A stretch of 59,286 bases of DNA, from positions 1 through 59,286 of IMG/VR virus record IMGVR_UViG_3300045994_000112; one strand, written 5' to 3'. The stretch is from a virus (Duplodnaviria; Caudoviricetes). A program made the position numbers and the translations under genes. The notes under the pieces were generated by a model, which was not told the DNA's origin, did no database searches, and was given only the letters and a program-made list of their open reading frames with translations. Position 1 is the first letter of the stretch; the number at the start of each line of letters is the position of its first letter. Shown piece by piece: positions 46,041-56,433 of the stretch.

Positions 46041-46365
46041 TCAAAAAACTTACCTACTGTGGCTACTCCTTAGTAGCATATAGATTCAGAGTCTATAGGT
46101 CCTGCAAATTTACTGCTTGCCACCCATGTACGTCAGTAGGTATTCAAAATAGCAGTTAGTAACCTTTGCAATGCCATTGCTGATTCAGGCACAACTGCTA
46201 TTTTGAATACCTAGCATTGCTGCTAGATATGTTGGGGTCTCTGTGCCCCAACCAGGAGTCTTACTAATGTGTTCTCACCACACGTTCATGTTTCCTGTCC
46301 GCCCTTTTTACAGCTTAATTTATAGTGTTCTGCTAGGTCTACGTTACCTATCCACACTGCACATA

Positions 46366-46524
46366 TTAGCAGGCAATTAAACTGCCTTTATGCGACTTCT
46401 TTTTACATTGTAACTGCGCATTACGCATCAGCTTCTTCGCAATAAGCTCTTTGAACTTATCTTGTGTTAGCGTAAACGTTGCCAGCCACTCTGTTTGTTG
46501 TTTCAATTTTTTATCTGTTTCCAT
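46366..46524 (-). CDS. small basic ORF after the attenuator
   Basis: AAGGA SD; METDKKLKQQTEWLATFTLT... 52 aa. Confidence 0.45.
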   Translation of the reverse strand: METDKKLKQQTEWLATFTLTQDKFKELIAKKLMRNAQLQCKKKSHKGSLIAC

Positions 46525-46535
46525 TATTCCTTTTC

Positions 46536-46578
46536 ACAAAACAAAAAACCCTGGGGTCTTTCGACTTCCAGGGTTCTT
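46536..46578 (-). terminator. intrinsic terminator (attenuator)
   Basis: AAGAACCCTGGAAGTC-GAAA-GACCCCAGGG followed by TTTTTTGTTTT. Confidence 0.8.
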
Positions 46579-46603
46579 GAGTTTCTGTAGTTTACATGCT
46601 ACT

Positions 46604-46786
46604 TTAGCATAAACCACTTCCCTCTCGAACCCTGCCCTTAATCTCCCCGCGTGTCACAATAGTTTCTGTACTCGCATTATACGAGCCGCTTGTAAAGCTA
46701 TTGGACAATGTCGCATCATGCCACATCGGTGCCACGGGCTGTATCGCCTGGACTGATTGTTGCAATGATAAGAGACTATGTTTCAT
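46604..46786 (-). CDS. putative attenuator leader peptide
   Basis: 60 aa between promoters and terminator; contains all 20 amino acids. Confidence 0.6.
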   Translation of the reverse strand: MKHSLLSLQQSVQAIQPVAPMWHDATLSNSFTSGSYNASTETIVTRGEIKGRVREGSGLC

Positions 46787-46843
46787 TTTGTTTACCGTTT
46801 TAACTGTTTAAAGTTGCCTTGTTTAATTAACTTACTAAGCACA

Positions 46844-47086
46844 ATTGTACATTAAACTGATTAATGTGTCAACTGCTTCTGTTTATTTATCCTACCTCGT
46901 AACGCCGAATTATTTCTGCGTTACAAAGTCTTCTAACTTGTTACCAGTGTACATTAAATTAAATTTAACGTCAACTGCTTCTTCAATTTATTTATGCCAT
47001 TTCAAAAAACACTGCTTTTATGCGGGCTTTTTGAGCTTTTTGCATTTCCAAGTACGTAGTGTACATTAAAACGTTTATTGCGTCAA
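46844..47086 (-). promoter_or_regulatory. three tandem sigma70 promoters
   Basis: TTGAC(A/G)-17-TACA(A/C)T at 46844-72, 46946-74 and 47058-86. Confidence 0.8.
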
Positions 47087-48093
47087 CCCACCAATGCAGC
47101 CGAAAATTCTTTTCTTGTCCTGGCCTCGTACCACTGTGCAAGCTTGCCAGAACTTATGAACTCCCAGTTCTTCTCAAAACGTCCCTGGCATTCCTGCCAT
47201 TTCCGTTTCGCTAAGTCACCATTGTGCAATATCTCGTAATTAAAGTCAATAGCTGATACAACTCTAAGAGCCGAATCTTCAATTTTATCGTAAGAATGGT
47301 CAATAATGTCATCAAACATGTCAAAACCTATGTCACGCAAGAACTGCACAGTGCTGCAGGATGATAGGATGATTGGGAAGTTGAATGCCACAAAGCAATG
47401 CATTGTCTTCTCTGTCAGGTTGAATGCAGGTTCTTCAAACGTCGTTTCACCAACAATCTCTATTAGGCTGTTCGTGTACATTGCCCGAAGCGTGTTTTCA
47501 AAATTTGCTACATTGTTAACCGTACCTATGCCTTTATAGATGTCCGAATCAGAGGGTGTTAAACTGCAATACCCCATTTCCAATGCATCCCGGTGTTCGA
47601 CTGTTATAGCAGACAAGTCCCAAGGTACCGCGTCAAGAAATGTTTGGTGTTCCTTAATCAATGTTGTTACCACCGCAGGGCAAAGAGTGCCAGCAAGGTA
47701 ACTTGCCACTGTAGTACGATGGTGACGTGGATTGCGATTTAAGCTGATAACATGCTGTGGCGTAAAGTTCTTGTCACGAACTGGCTGCATCACTTGGTAC
47801 TGTGCAATTTGATTTAACCAATCCCCACCCATTCTTACTATACGGGCGTTTGCTAACACTAAATTTTCAACGCTCACACACACAATGAATTTATTTGGGT
47901 TTCTGGTTATCAGATGATCCAAAGAGTCATTGACTACGTCTTTCACACATAGTATGACCTGCCCTTCTGGCAAAATGCTAGGAATCAGATGCAAATGAGA
48001 TGACCATACATAATACGCAGGCCGGTCGCCAACTAATTCCAACATTAAATGAAATGTAAATTTATCAGTGGGTGGTTTTAATATCACCTGCAT
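47083..48093 (-). CDS. glycosyltransferase-like hypothetical protein
   Basis: SLNRNPRHHR, IEIVGET, LTEKT, GFDMFDDIIDHSYD. Confidence 0.65.
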   Translation of the reverse strand: MQVILKPPTDKFTFHLMLELVGDRPAYYVWSSHLHLIPSILPEGQVILCVKDVVNDSLDHLITRNPNKFIVCVSVENLVLANARIVRMGGDWLNQIAQYQVMQPVRDKNFTPQHVISLNRNPRHHRTTVASYLAGTLCPAVVTTLIKEHQTFLDAVPWDLSAITVEHRDALEMGYCSLTPSDSDIYKGIGTVNNVANFENTLRAMYTNSLIEIVGETTFEEPAFNLTEKTMHCFVAFNFPIILSSCSTVQFLRDIGFDMFDDIIDHSYDKIEDSALRVVSAIDFNYEILHNGDLAKRKWQECQGRFEKNWEFISSGKLAQWYEARTRKEFSAALVG

Positions 48094-48680
48094 AGTAATC
48101 TTTGCGCTTTCTCGCTCTGCAATGCAAACCAATGTTCTTTAAATTGTTGTTGGGCATTCGTGCCATGGTCATACAGAAAATCTCGTAATTTGATATACCT
48201 AGTCACTGTGAATTCCCTATCAATCAAAGGTAGCATAGGGTCGACGTATTCATTACGCCAGTTAATACCGCTCGCTATAATGTTTCGAGGGGTATTGGGC
48301 ACTTTGCCATCATACTTACTCTGATTCGTAAACCAATATGCTTGTTTATCATATGCCATGCGCATCTGTGTGCGCAAATCAGTGTACAGTAGTATTTTAT
48401 TAGTTCCTTGTGCTAGGTTTTTATGCCACTCCACATTAGAGTAAAGAGGATTACAAATTAAAAACAGTTTAGGTTTATTACTGAATGCACCCAAGTCATT
48501 GGCCGGCTTATGCTCTGTACTTTTCCACATCTTGCGATTCGTCGCCAACGAGGGGGGAAATTGTGTGTCTATTAGCTCATGCAAATTGGCAGGTGTTTCA
48601 AAGTACCCACTTAGTAAAAAGTAATAGTACAAAAAGAATCCCGCTGAGCCACCTTGATACAAAATAGTCGTGTTAACCAT
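48084..48680 (-). CDS. hypothetical protein (sulfotransferase-like)
   Basis: YQGGSAGF N-terminal loop. Confidence 0.55.
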   Translation of the reverse strand: MVNTTILYQGGSAGFFLYYYFLLSGYFETPANLHELIDTQFPPSLATNRKMWKSTEHKPANDLGAFSNKPKLFLICNPLYSNVEWHKNLAQGTNKILLYTDLRTQMRMAYDKQAYWFTNQSKYDGKVPNTPRNIIASGINWRNEYVDPMLPLIDREFTVTRYIKLRDFLYDHGTNAQQQFKEHWFALQSEKAQRLLCR

Positions 48681-49323
48681 TGTTTACTCTGTGTTGCTTC
48701 CAATTTTCGTATAATGCAATTGCTTCTTGCGTCACTGGACGAATGCCTAACTTACCGCACAGCTTTAGGTACTCGCCAACGAAACTGTCCTTCGAATTTA
48801 GGATTGCTGTGAGGTCGATCGTATACATGTCGTATTTCTCTTTAAGCTGTATCCCTTGCGTGTACTCGTCACCCCTTGGTCTGCAACCTATGCGATCTGA
48901 TTCACGCCGCAACCACTCTCCATATTTTTCTAAATCCAAATCAACATACAGCATAGTCTTTTGTGGTAATGCTGTGATTTCGTTTTCAAATTTCGCAAAT
49001 TCAAATGGGTGTATTTGGTAAACGATTTTGTCATACTGCTCGCCCAAGTCTATTAGCGAAGCATACAGCGTGTGTTCGTATATTCCCGCCCATGCGTCGT
49101 GGAATGCTAACCAATCTCCAGTGTGATCATCGCGTACAGTATTGAAATAATACTGTGATCGCAAATCAATAGTTGGTTTTATTGTAGATTCACTCCAGGT
49201 CATCAATGTAGCTTTAGTCATAGTGGGCATTACATTTTCACTCAAAGTTATCAAGCGTAAAATGAAATTCCCGGCAAGCCCGGGAAAGTACAATATGAAA
49301 ACGTTGTCTACATTAGGGTGCAT
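48673..49323 (-). CDS. hypothetical protein (sulfotransferase-like)
   Basis: YFPGLAGNF; EY.KLC..LGI tail shared with 19562-20446. Confidence 0.6.
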   Translation of the reverse strand: MHPNVDNVFILYFPGLAGNFILRLITLSENVMPTMTKATLMTWSESTIKPTIDLRSQYYFNTVRDDHTGDWLAFHDAWAGIYEHTLYASLIDLGEQYDKIVYQIHPFEFAKFENEITALPQKTMLYVDLDLEKYGEWLRRESDRIGCRPRGDEYTQGIQLKEKYDMYTIDLTAILNSKDSFVGEYLKLCGKLGIRPVTQEAIALYENWKQHRVNNG

Positions 49324-49591
49324 CGTCGTTGAAAATGGTAGACCATTTCCTAAGTTTCCCTAGCTTGGCAACGCCAGCTTGCAGAAGTTCTTCTTTATCT
49401 AAAACACCGTGGGCGACTAAAAGTTCAATCATGCACATAACGTCACCAGCTTCCTGTGTTAGGTTTTGCAGGTTGGAGCGGTCTTGCCATGACGAGTCTA
49501 ATCCCCAACGTGTGCACTTGCTTGCTGCCACTACCAACTCACCGCACTCTTCTTTGAGAATATCCAGAATTTCTTTGATCTTTGGTTCCAT
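49313..49591 (-). CDS. MazG-like nucleotide pyrophosphohydrolase
   Basis: EECGEL...EAGDV. Confidence 0.8.
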   Translation of the reverse strand: MEPKIKEILDILKEECGELVVAASKCTRWGLDSSWQDRSNLQNLTQEAGDVMCMIELLVAHGVLDKEELLQAGVAKLGKLRKWSTIFNDDAP

Positions 49592-51168
49592 TATCGTGTT
49601 GCTCGTCCGATGTCTTTTGTTGATGCTGTGCCAGCTTTCTTAGCTGCCAGCTCTGCTCGTTTCGCTGCTTTACCGCCGTTGTCTGCACCAATGTCAGTGC
49701 CGCCACCAACGATAGCAGTTGTTTTAGCTACAGATGCCTTCTTAGAGATAGGCTTAGAGCCTTCGCCTTCTGCATCGTCCATGTCAGATGCCTTAGCGCC
49801 GTTCTTCAAAATCTTGAATGTTAGGTTGCCCTTGCCTTGTGTACTCATGTACGCTTTGGAAGCATCAAGCAAAACACCAGTAACAGTTGAGGATGGGTAG
49901 ATAGCATTAAGCTGAATGTCAAAGAATTCTTTGTCTTGCGCAATGTTTGTGTACATTTGGACAAGAGCAGAGTTATTCAAAATCTCAGAAGCGGCGCCAC
50001 CAAATTTGGTATTCTCATTGACATAATCAGCAAGGCGGTAAGCCACTGTGCAAAGTGCATGTTCAATAGGAATGATCTTGGACATGTCCTTGGCTTTGCG
50101 CTTTTGGTACCAGCCATAAAGTCTTGGGCTTAGTAATGACTCCACATCTTCTTCTGGACCATGGCCCTTCAGCATTTTGATCTGACCAGCTTCGTCTGAA
50201 GTGATGATACCAAACTTAACGCCTAACTGCAACGGTGCATCAGTATGGCCCAGCTTGTCAATGATCTTTAGGATCTCAACTGCGTCCTTGTGCTTGGCAA
50301 GTAACTTCTCACCAGCTGGCGCAACTTGCAATTCTTCGATACAGCGTAGCAAGTTAACCACGGACGCAGATGCGCCGTTCTTGCCCTTAGAGCTTAACTT
50401 AATCTGTTTGCCGTCACTGTTAACTAGCAAGCTGTCGTATAAACCACCGCTTACGCTTTCGTTAAACGAGATAACGCAATCACTGTAATCTTTACCTGGG
50501 CCAAAGAAGATCTCAGATGCTTCTGCTGCATTGCCCTTAACTGGCAGGCCCATAACAAGAGACATTGGTTGAAGCATTTCACAGAAGTAATCACGGAATG
50601 CTTCAAGGTTCATTCCGCCGCGTGGCACTTTAGTTTGCCCTTGCATAAATGCTTGGATAGCAATTGCTTCCGCGGAACCATCGCCAAAGTGGGCAACGAT
50701 TTGGTCAGCGATAGATTGAGGCGTGTTACTCTTGAACTGAGTAAGGATGTCAGACGGCTTGTAGCCTGTTGCTTCCTTTTTACCCAATCCCGATGCCATT
50801 TTGAAGCCGCCGGGAATGTCAGTAGTTGCAAATGTGTTGTCAGTGCGGTTAGCAGAGATTGTTTTGAAGTATCTACCAAGGTAGTAGTCTTGGCCGCCCT
50901 CTACACGGAAGGTAGCAATACCAAAGCCCAATGTAGATGCATTAGGCTTGTTAACCCAATGGATGTTTAACCCAGTATCTTGAATAGCTTGCTGCATTTC
51001 CATGCCTGTTGGAAACTGCCCTTTCTCAGGGTAGAAATCCAACGTTTGGAACGTGATTACATCGCCATTGGCATTAGCAAACTTCTCCCCTTGTTGTCTA
51101 GCTGCTAGTCCACGACCTTCAATGATGAAAGCCATAGGGTCGTCCAATAAATTTAGTAAATCGCGCAT
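49591..51168 (-). CDS. hypothetical protein (possible nuclease-fold virion protein)
   Basis: 525 aa; YDS...IKLSSK; MRDLLNLL..IIE start. Confidence 0.7.
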   Translation of the reverse strand: MRDLLNLLDDPMAFIIEGRGLAARQQGEKFANANGDVITFQTLDFYPEKGQFPTGMEMQQAIQDTGLNIHWVNKPNASTLGFGIATFRVEGGQDYYLGRYFKTISANRTDNTFATTDIPGGFKMASGLGKKEATGYKPSDILTQFKSNTPQSIADQIVAHFGDGSAEAIAIQAFMQGQTKVPRGGMNLEAFRDYFCEMLQPMSLVMGLPVKGNAAEASEIFFGPGKDYSDCVISFNESVSGGLYDSLLVNSDGKQIKLSSKGKNGASASVVNLLRCIEELQVAPAGEKLLAKHKDAVEILKIIDKLGHTDAPLQLGVKFGIITSDEAGQIKMLKGHGPEEDVESLLSPRLYGWYQKRKAKDMSKIIPIEHALCTVAYRLADYVNENTKFGGAASEILNNSALVQMYTNIAQDKEFFDIQLNAIYPSSTVTGVLLDASKAYMSTQGKGNLTFKILKNGAKASDMDDAEGEGSKPISKKASVAKTTAIVGGGTDIGADNGGKAAKRAELAAKKAGTASTKDIGRATR

Positions 51169-51189
51169 GTTGTTATCCTTATAAGCTAT

Positions 51190-51948
51190 TTATTCGCGAA
51201 TACGGTAGAAGCCTTTGTCCAACCATGTTGTAAGAATGTCTTCTTGGCGCACGTAGTTGTTCTTGTTCAAGCTTTGCTTAATGGAGTCATTGACGAGCTC
51301 CATGTCAACTAGGTCGTGCCAGCTTGTTTTGTGTGGGTCCATAGGTGCATGTCCACTCTTGTATACTGCTGCATATAGCCACGGATCGTTCATATTCTTG
51401 TAGAAATATGCGTCTTTACAGTCGAAACCGTTAACTGCGAGCATGTAAATCAATGATGTGATGTTGTGGTTGTAGTATACCCCGCTTGGCGAGTTATTGT
51501 GCATACGATTGTAGAGATAGTGAATGTTCTGTGGCATTGCCATTACTAGCATACCATTCTCAGACATCGCATTGCTCCAACGCTGCAAAGTTTGCATAGG
51601 GTTAACTGCATACTGGAAGCTATCGTGACACCACATCAAATCCACTAAGCGAGGGAACAGGTTGTCTTCTTCAAAGTTACGTTGGATAGGTTTAAAGTTT
51701 GGTAGCTTCAAAATATCTTTGTTGATCTTAGACAAGTCCTCGTCCACTGCATACACAATGTAGTTATGTGGCTCTGGTGGTTCGTCACGTGTTTCTAGCG
51801 TAGCCCACCATTCTGCGTCTAGGCCTGCGCCACAACCCATGTCAGCGACTACAGTCAAACTGTCTAAGAAGCTGTCATATGCATAAAGCAGTTCCAAAAT
51901 TTGCATACTGTGATCATGCGAGTCATATGCGTTTCTAAATTTTTCCAT
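51190..51948 (-). CDS. class I SAM methyltransferase
   Basis: VADMGCGAG; WCHDSFQY. Confidence 0.8.
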   Translation of the reverse strand: MEKFRNAYDSHDHSMQILELLYAYDSFLDSLTVVADMGCGAGLDAEWWATLETRDEPPEPHNYIVYAVDEDLSKINKDILKLPNFKPIQRNFEEDNLFPRLVDLMWCHDSFQYAVNPMQTLQRWSNAMSENGMLVMAMPQNIHYLYNRMHNNSPSGVYYNHNITSLIYMLAVNGFDCKDAYFYKNMNDPWLYAAVYKSGHAPMDPHKTSWHDLVDMELVNDSIKQSLNKNNYVRQEDILTTWLDKGFYRIRE

Positions 51949-52189
51949 CTTTTAATACCTCAAAAACAATTTTTTCTTTTAGTCGAGTAAGCATAGGTGC
52001 TAAAGCTTCGCAAGCTTTCTTCAGCTCTTCGTCTGAAGTGCCCCATGCATATTCTTGATCTACTATATGTGCCAATGCGGAACATTTATCTTTAACAAGT
52101 TGGAGGCTCACAACGTCTTTTGGAACCCGTGCACGTTCGCAGAGGTTCCAATCGTCTAGTAATTCTCTAGCAAGTTCTTTATAGTCCAT
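51935..52189 (-). CDS. hypothetical protein
   Basis: Coupled ORF in operon. Confidence 0.65.
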   Translation of the reverse strand: MDYKELARELLDDWNLCERARVPKDVVSLQLVKDKCSALAHIVDQEYAWGTSDEELKKACEALAPMLTRLKEKIVFEVLKDGKI

Positions 52190-52641
52190 TAAACGGTTAC
52201 GTCTTCCATACCAGCAGTGCGTAAACGGACTACGTGCCCAGCCATATAAGACTTTGCCTCTAATCCTTTCATCACTCCTAAATACTTATTCCGCAGGAGA
52301 GCCACTTCATTTATTAATGTTTCATAATCAATGACTTCGTCTTCGCCGTCAACATACTTCTCTGCGTCCCTACTGGTAAGTGCACGAGCGTAACCTTCCA
52401 AATACTTCTGGAAAAACTTACGACGTATTTTACGAAGCTGAATGTTCATGTGTCCTAGCACAGCTTCAATTTCTTGTAGCTGGTAGAACCTATGCTCAGT
52501 TTGTCCTGGTAGCGCAGCAACGTTCTTCTCGACGTTTCCTTTTAAAGCTATCTCTCCTCGAGCACTGATTATCTCATCTTCGTAATACGCAATGAAGGCT
52601 GGTAGCTGCGAAAGATCCGCGACTACTTTGTTGTACCACAT
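52189..52641 (-). CDS. uvsY: UvsY-like recombination mediator
   Basis: Helical; KYLEGY.RALTSRDAEKYVDGE; near UvsX. Confidence 0.7.
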   Translation of the reverse strand: MWYNKVVADLSQLPAFIAYYEDEIISARGEIALKGNVEKNVAALPGQTEHRFYQLQEIEAVLGHMNIQLRKIRRKFFQKYLEGYARALTSRDAEKYVDGEDEVIDYETLINEVALLRNKYLGVMKGLEAKSYMAGHVVRLRTAGMEDVTV

Positions 52642-53835
52642 TTACGCCACCCATTCTAAAAATGTTGACGGAAAAATATCTAAGCTCAAATCAGGTCTGC
52701 GATTAACAAACTCAGTTAGGAACTCTTTTAAATTTTGTCGCTGTAGCTGCGATGGTTCTGCTTTAATGGATTCCATAATTGGCCCTTTGATGCTATCAGG
52801 AAATAGCTGTATGTCTTCCATTATACGCTGTTTACTGGTATTGTCCAAGACATATGGCGCCATCATTGTTGGTTGATATGCAAAGGTAACTTCTATTTTC
52901 TTATGCCCAAACATCCTATAAAAGTCAGCAAATCCAAAAATTGTTAGGTTCGAGATGACTGCGTGAAACATGTAATCGACACCATGCTGATCAAGTATTT
53001 CCAACTTAGCCACAAAATCTGTCCACTCATTCCCATAACGATTGAACTCAAAAAATTTACCAGTTGCTTCTGCACTTACATTGATGTACAATTGGTTGAC
53101 TGACTGTAACTTTTCAGCTATCTTTTTAAATCGTGACATACTTACCCCAAACCCAGAGTACAGTTCAATCACCGCGTCATCAGCCAATACTAAATTTGCA
53201 AGCGTGTCAATTAACGCATTGTCAAGAAACGGCTCACCACCAGTGATGACAATTTTCTTAGCAGTGGGTGCTACTAGGGCGACTTCAGCTAGTAACTTCT
53301 GGTACTGTGCTTGTTCCTTGCGGTTGGGCTGGCTAGTTTTTATCAATATTTTATCTTTGGCCGTAGCGACAAACCTATCGTCGCTTGTACCAGTAATACT
53401 ATAATTACCATTATTGACTATATCTCGGCGCCAAGCTGAACTAAATTCTTTACAGCAATAAGTACATGTTAGATTACAATCGCTGCCAATAGTGATATCT
53501 ATTATTTCCGGCAGTAAAGTCAATTCCTCATGAGTACGTTTTTGTCCACCTTGGTATTGCCTGGGGCTTTGTGCGCCAACATCTTCAGCAGCCCAACAAT
53601 TTTGCTCACAGCTCGCATTGCGAACATTTTGTAGCATCATTGCACGTTCCGCGACATTGAGTGCGGTATTGTGCAACTCACCAGGATTTTCTTCTAGCCA
53701 TGAAAAATCCACCTTATGTGGCACTGCTGCGTGGCACGTATAGGTGGTTTTAGACTCCAGATCTATCTTCTGAAATCTAAATTTCATCGAGCAATAATAA
53801 TCCCGACCGTCTAAGATCGGGATTATTTCACTCAT
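52642..53835 (-). CDS. radical SAM protein with N-terminal Cys cluster
   Basis: CNLTCTYC, TGGEP. Confidence 0.85.
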   Translation of the reverse strand: MSEIIPILDGRDYYCSMKFRFQKIDLESKTTYTCHAAVPHKVDFSWLEENPGELHNTALNVAERAMMLQNVRNASCEQNCWAAEDVGAQSPRQYQGGQKRTHEELTLLPEIIDITIGSDCNLTCTYCCKEFSSAWRRDIVNNGNYSITGTSDDRFVATAKDKILIKTSQPNRKEQAQYQKLLAEVALVAPTAKKIVITGGEPFLDNALIDTLANLVLADDAVIELYSGFGVSMSRFKKIAEKLQSVNQLYINVSAEATGKFFEFNRYGNEWTDFVAKLEILDQHGVDYMFHAVISNLTIFGFADFYRMFGHKKIEVTFAYQPTMMAPYVLDNTSKQRIMEDIQLFPDSIKGPIMESIKAEPSQLQRQNLKEFLTEFVNRRPDLSLDIFPSTFLEWVA

Positions 53836-54052
53836 CTTCGTTGTAATAGTCATCTTCGTCTTCGGCTGCATACTCGCGCATCGCCTTAGACAAGGTGGTG
53901 TCGCTACCGCCGAAGTCTTGCAACTCCTCATCAGACAACATATCAACCATTACGCTCATTACATTGTCTGCTGCCTCTTGGCGGTCCTTAGCAGGGATGT
54001 ACTGCTTAAGGATGGAGTATACTTCGTTCAATACTTCTACTTCGATGCTCAT
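53828..54052 (-). CDS. small acidic hypothetical protein
   Basis: Directly follows UvsX. Confidence 0.7.
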   Translation of the reverse strand: MSIEVEVLNEVYSILKQYIPAKDRQEAADNVMSVMVDMLSDEELQDFGGSDTTLSKAMREYAAEDEDDYYNEDE

Positions 54053-54078
54053 TGATTTCTTTCAGTTTGGTTGAATAT

Positions 54079-55155
54079 TTAGTCCGCGACCAATTCAGCT
54101 GGCGCTTCTTCAAGTTGGGACTTGCCCATCAGGTGTGGGTGTGCTGTGATCTCAGCCATGATACGATCCAAGCAACCGTCGTCATTGCGTTCCCAGCCCT
54201 TGCGGAATTTCTTGATTGCAGTTCCATCTTGGCAAGTGTACACCAAGCTGTTGCCATCTTTCTTCAGCAAGTCCTTAGACTCAAACATGTCTGTCAGACC
54301 GCTGTATGGGTTCATACCTGTTTCGTAAGGGATCTTAACTTGGACTGATTCGAAAGGCTTTGCATAACGAGTCTTCATGATCTTGCAAGCTGCGCGAATA
54401 CCGCTCACTTCAGTAGTCTTGTTGCCATCTTCATCTTCCTTCAGCTTGAGCTTGCGCATAGCGACAACGATAGACGATGCGTAGATGAAACCTTGTCCAC
54501 CAGAGATTTTGTCATCTGGATCAAACATGTCTTGCGATGCGTATGTGTGGTTGGTTGCAACCAGACCCAAGTTCAAGTTACCGAACATATTGACGCAGTT
54601 ACGCACCAATGCGGTCAGCGCCTTAGGCTTACGTCCCATGTCACCCTTCATATCACCAGCATTGAACTGGTTAACGTCAGTTGGTGTCAGCAACATACCC
54701 AGAGAGTCGAGAATGAACAAAACCTTAGGACGGTCAAGTTCTGGCATCAACTTGTACTGTGCAACGAACTCGGAGATCATCTTTGCGACGTCGTCGATCA
54801 TTGCCATGTTGAGCTTCAACAGTTTGTCTTCTGATGTGTCAACGTTGAGAGCATGTAACCACTTTTCATCCAGTGCGTTTTCCGTATCAATAAGAATAGG
54901 AAATATGCCGGCCTTTTGTGCGTTGGCAACAAGGTTGCCAGAACAGATAAAGGACTTACCCGCACCGGATTCTCCAGCAAACACAGTTACCTTGCCCAGC
55001 GGAATACCGCGGTCGAAGGCGCCAGAGATTAGATAGTTGAGAGCGTAGTTATTAGTGCTTACCCAGTCAGTTGGGTCATTGAATCCTGTGCTAAGTCCTT
55101 CAATAGACTTAGTGATAGATTTACGAAATTTCGAGACGTCAAAAGGCTTTGCCAT
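54079..55155 (-). CDS. uvsX: UvsX/RecA recombinase
   Basis: AGESGAGKS, IDTENA, LDSLG, NHTY, SGG. Confidence 0.9.
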   Translation of the reverse strand: MAKPFDVSKFRKSITKSIEGLSTGFNDPTDWVSTNNYALNYLISGAFDRGIPLGKVTVFAGESGAGKSFICSGNLVANAQKAGIFPILIDTENALDEKWLHALNVDTSEDKLLKLNMAMIDDVAKMISEFVAQYKLMPELDRPKVLFILDSLGMLLTPTDVNQFNAGDMKGDMGRKPKALTALVRNCVNMFGNLNLGLVATNHTYASQDMFDPDDKISGGQGFIYASSIVVAMRKLKLKEDEDGNKTTEVSGIRAACKIMKTRYAKPFESVQVKIPYETGMNPYSGLTDMFESKDLLKKDGNSLVYTCQDGTAIKKFRKGWERNDDGCLDRIMAEITAHPHLMGKSQLEEAPAELVAD

Positions 55156-55187
55156 GATTGTTCCTTTGTTTTAGATATTATAGACAG

Positions 55188-55220
55188 AATAAGGGTAGGC
55201 CGTCAAGCACTACCCTTATT
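55188..55220 (-). terminator. hairpin terminator
   Basis: AATAAGGGTAG/CTACCCTTATT. Confidence 0.55.
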
Positions 55221-55226
55221 ATTTGA

Positions 55227-56267
55227 TTAAGCTGATTGCTTACGGTTACGGATCATTGCAAGAATGTCGTCTGCAGACTTGGTAGTCTTAGCAGGAGCAG
55301 TTACCACTGGTGCGGTAGCTTCTGGTGCAGCATCATCTTCCCAAGGTTGGGATGGAGCAGCTTCTGCAACTGGTGCAGCCTTTGGTGCTGGACGAGCGAT
55401 AGGAGCAGCTGGCTTAACGCTTGTGCCTGCACCTTCAGTCGTATCTTCAGCGCCAGCAGCGGCCTTGAAGTTGCTTGGCTTGAAGTATTTGGACCAGCGT
55501 TCTGCGTCGTACGGTTGACCGTCAACGGATGCTTCGAACATTTCCTTCATAACTTGCAACTCAACTTCGCCTGGCTTCTTAGGCAAGAATGTTGCCAAGT
55601 CGAAAAGACCGTGGGTTTCAATTGCTTCAGCTTCTTCCGAAGTCAAAGCAGTTTCCTTACGGGACCAGCTGGATGTGCTGTAGTCAGCGTAACCACCTTT
55701 AGAGGTCTTCTTAACTGTGAAGTCAAGACCTGCAACGTAGTCAGTTGGCAAGTTTTCCAATTCTGGGTCCATCAACGCGGTCTTAACCAAGTTGAAGATT
55801 TGTGGGCTGATCATGAAACGACGGATTGGGTTGCCGTCTGGACCCTTGTCGTCAGCGATTGGGTTTTCGTGCACGAAGCCTTGGAAGATGTAAGACTTCT
55901 TCTTCCAGTATTTGCGGCCCAATTCTTCCAAGTTAGGGTCCTTGAACCATGGGCGAACTTCTGCCAGGATAGGGCAAACGCTGCCGTCGTTATACATTTC
56001 GACGCAAGGGACTTGTACGCGAACAGGCTTGGAGTCTGCTTCGCCTTTGATACCAGCGAATGTCAAATTGATCATCGCCTTCTCTACCCAGAAGTAGGAG
56101 TTCTTCGAATTGCCGTCCGGCAAGAAACGAAGTCTGGCTTGTGTGCCTTCAGCGATATTCCAGTGGGGGTAAATTACGTTGTCACCAGCAAATTTGCCTT
56201 TGCCGCCTTGACCGTTTTGGGATTGCGCTTGTAGTTTAGCGCGGATTTCTGCGAGAGTAAGTGCCAT
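55227..56267 (-). CDS. gp32-like single-stranded DNA-binding protein
   Basis: LRFLPD, C..CP, YADYSTS, DDILAMIRNR. Confidence 0.9.
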   Translation of the reverse strand: MALTLAEIRAKLQAQSQNGQGGKGKFAGDNVIYPHWNIAEGTQARLRFLPDGNSKNSYFWVEKAMINLTFAGIKGEADSKPVRVQVPCVEMYNDGSVCPILAEVRPWFKDPNLEELGRKYWKKKSYIFQGFVHENPIADDKGPDGNPIRRFMISPQIFNLVKTALMDPELENLPTDYVAGLDFTVKKTSKGGYADYSTSSWSRKETALTSEEAEAIETHGLFDLATFLPKKPGEVELQVMKEMFEASVDGQPYDAERWSKYFKPSNFKAAAGAEDTTEGAGTSVKPAAPIARPAPKAAPVAEAAPSQPWEDDAAPEATAPVVTAPAKTTKSADDILAMIRNRKQSA

Positions 56268-56433
56268 GATAAATGATTCCTTATATGTTAAATTTAAGTT
56301 GGTCTTAGTGTTTGCTTTGATACAAAGCACCACGCTATTTGCATAACGTAGTTCAGTGTAACATAATTATTTATCCTTCTGCGACAGATACGGCGATTTT
56401 TTACTCAAAATAAAAGGGCAGTTAGCCCTTTTA

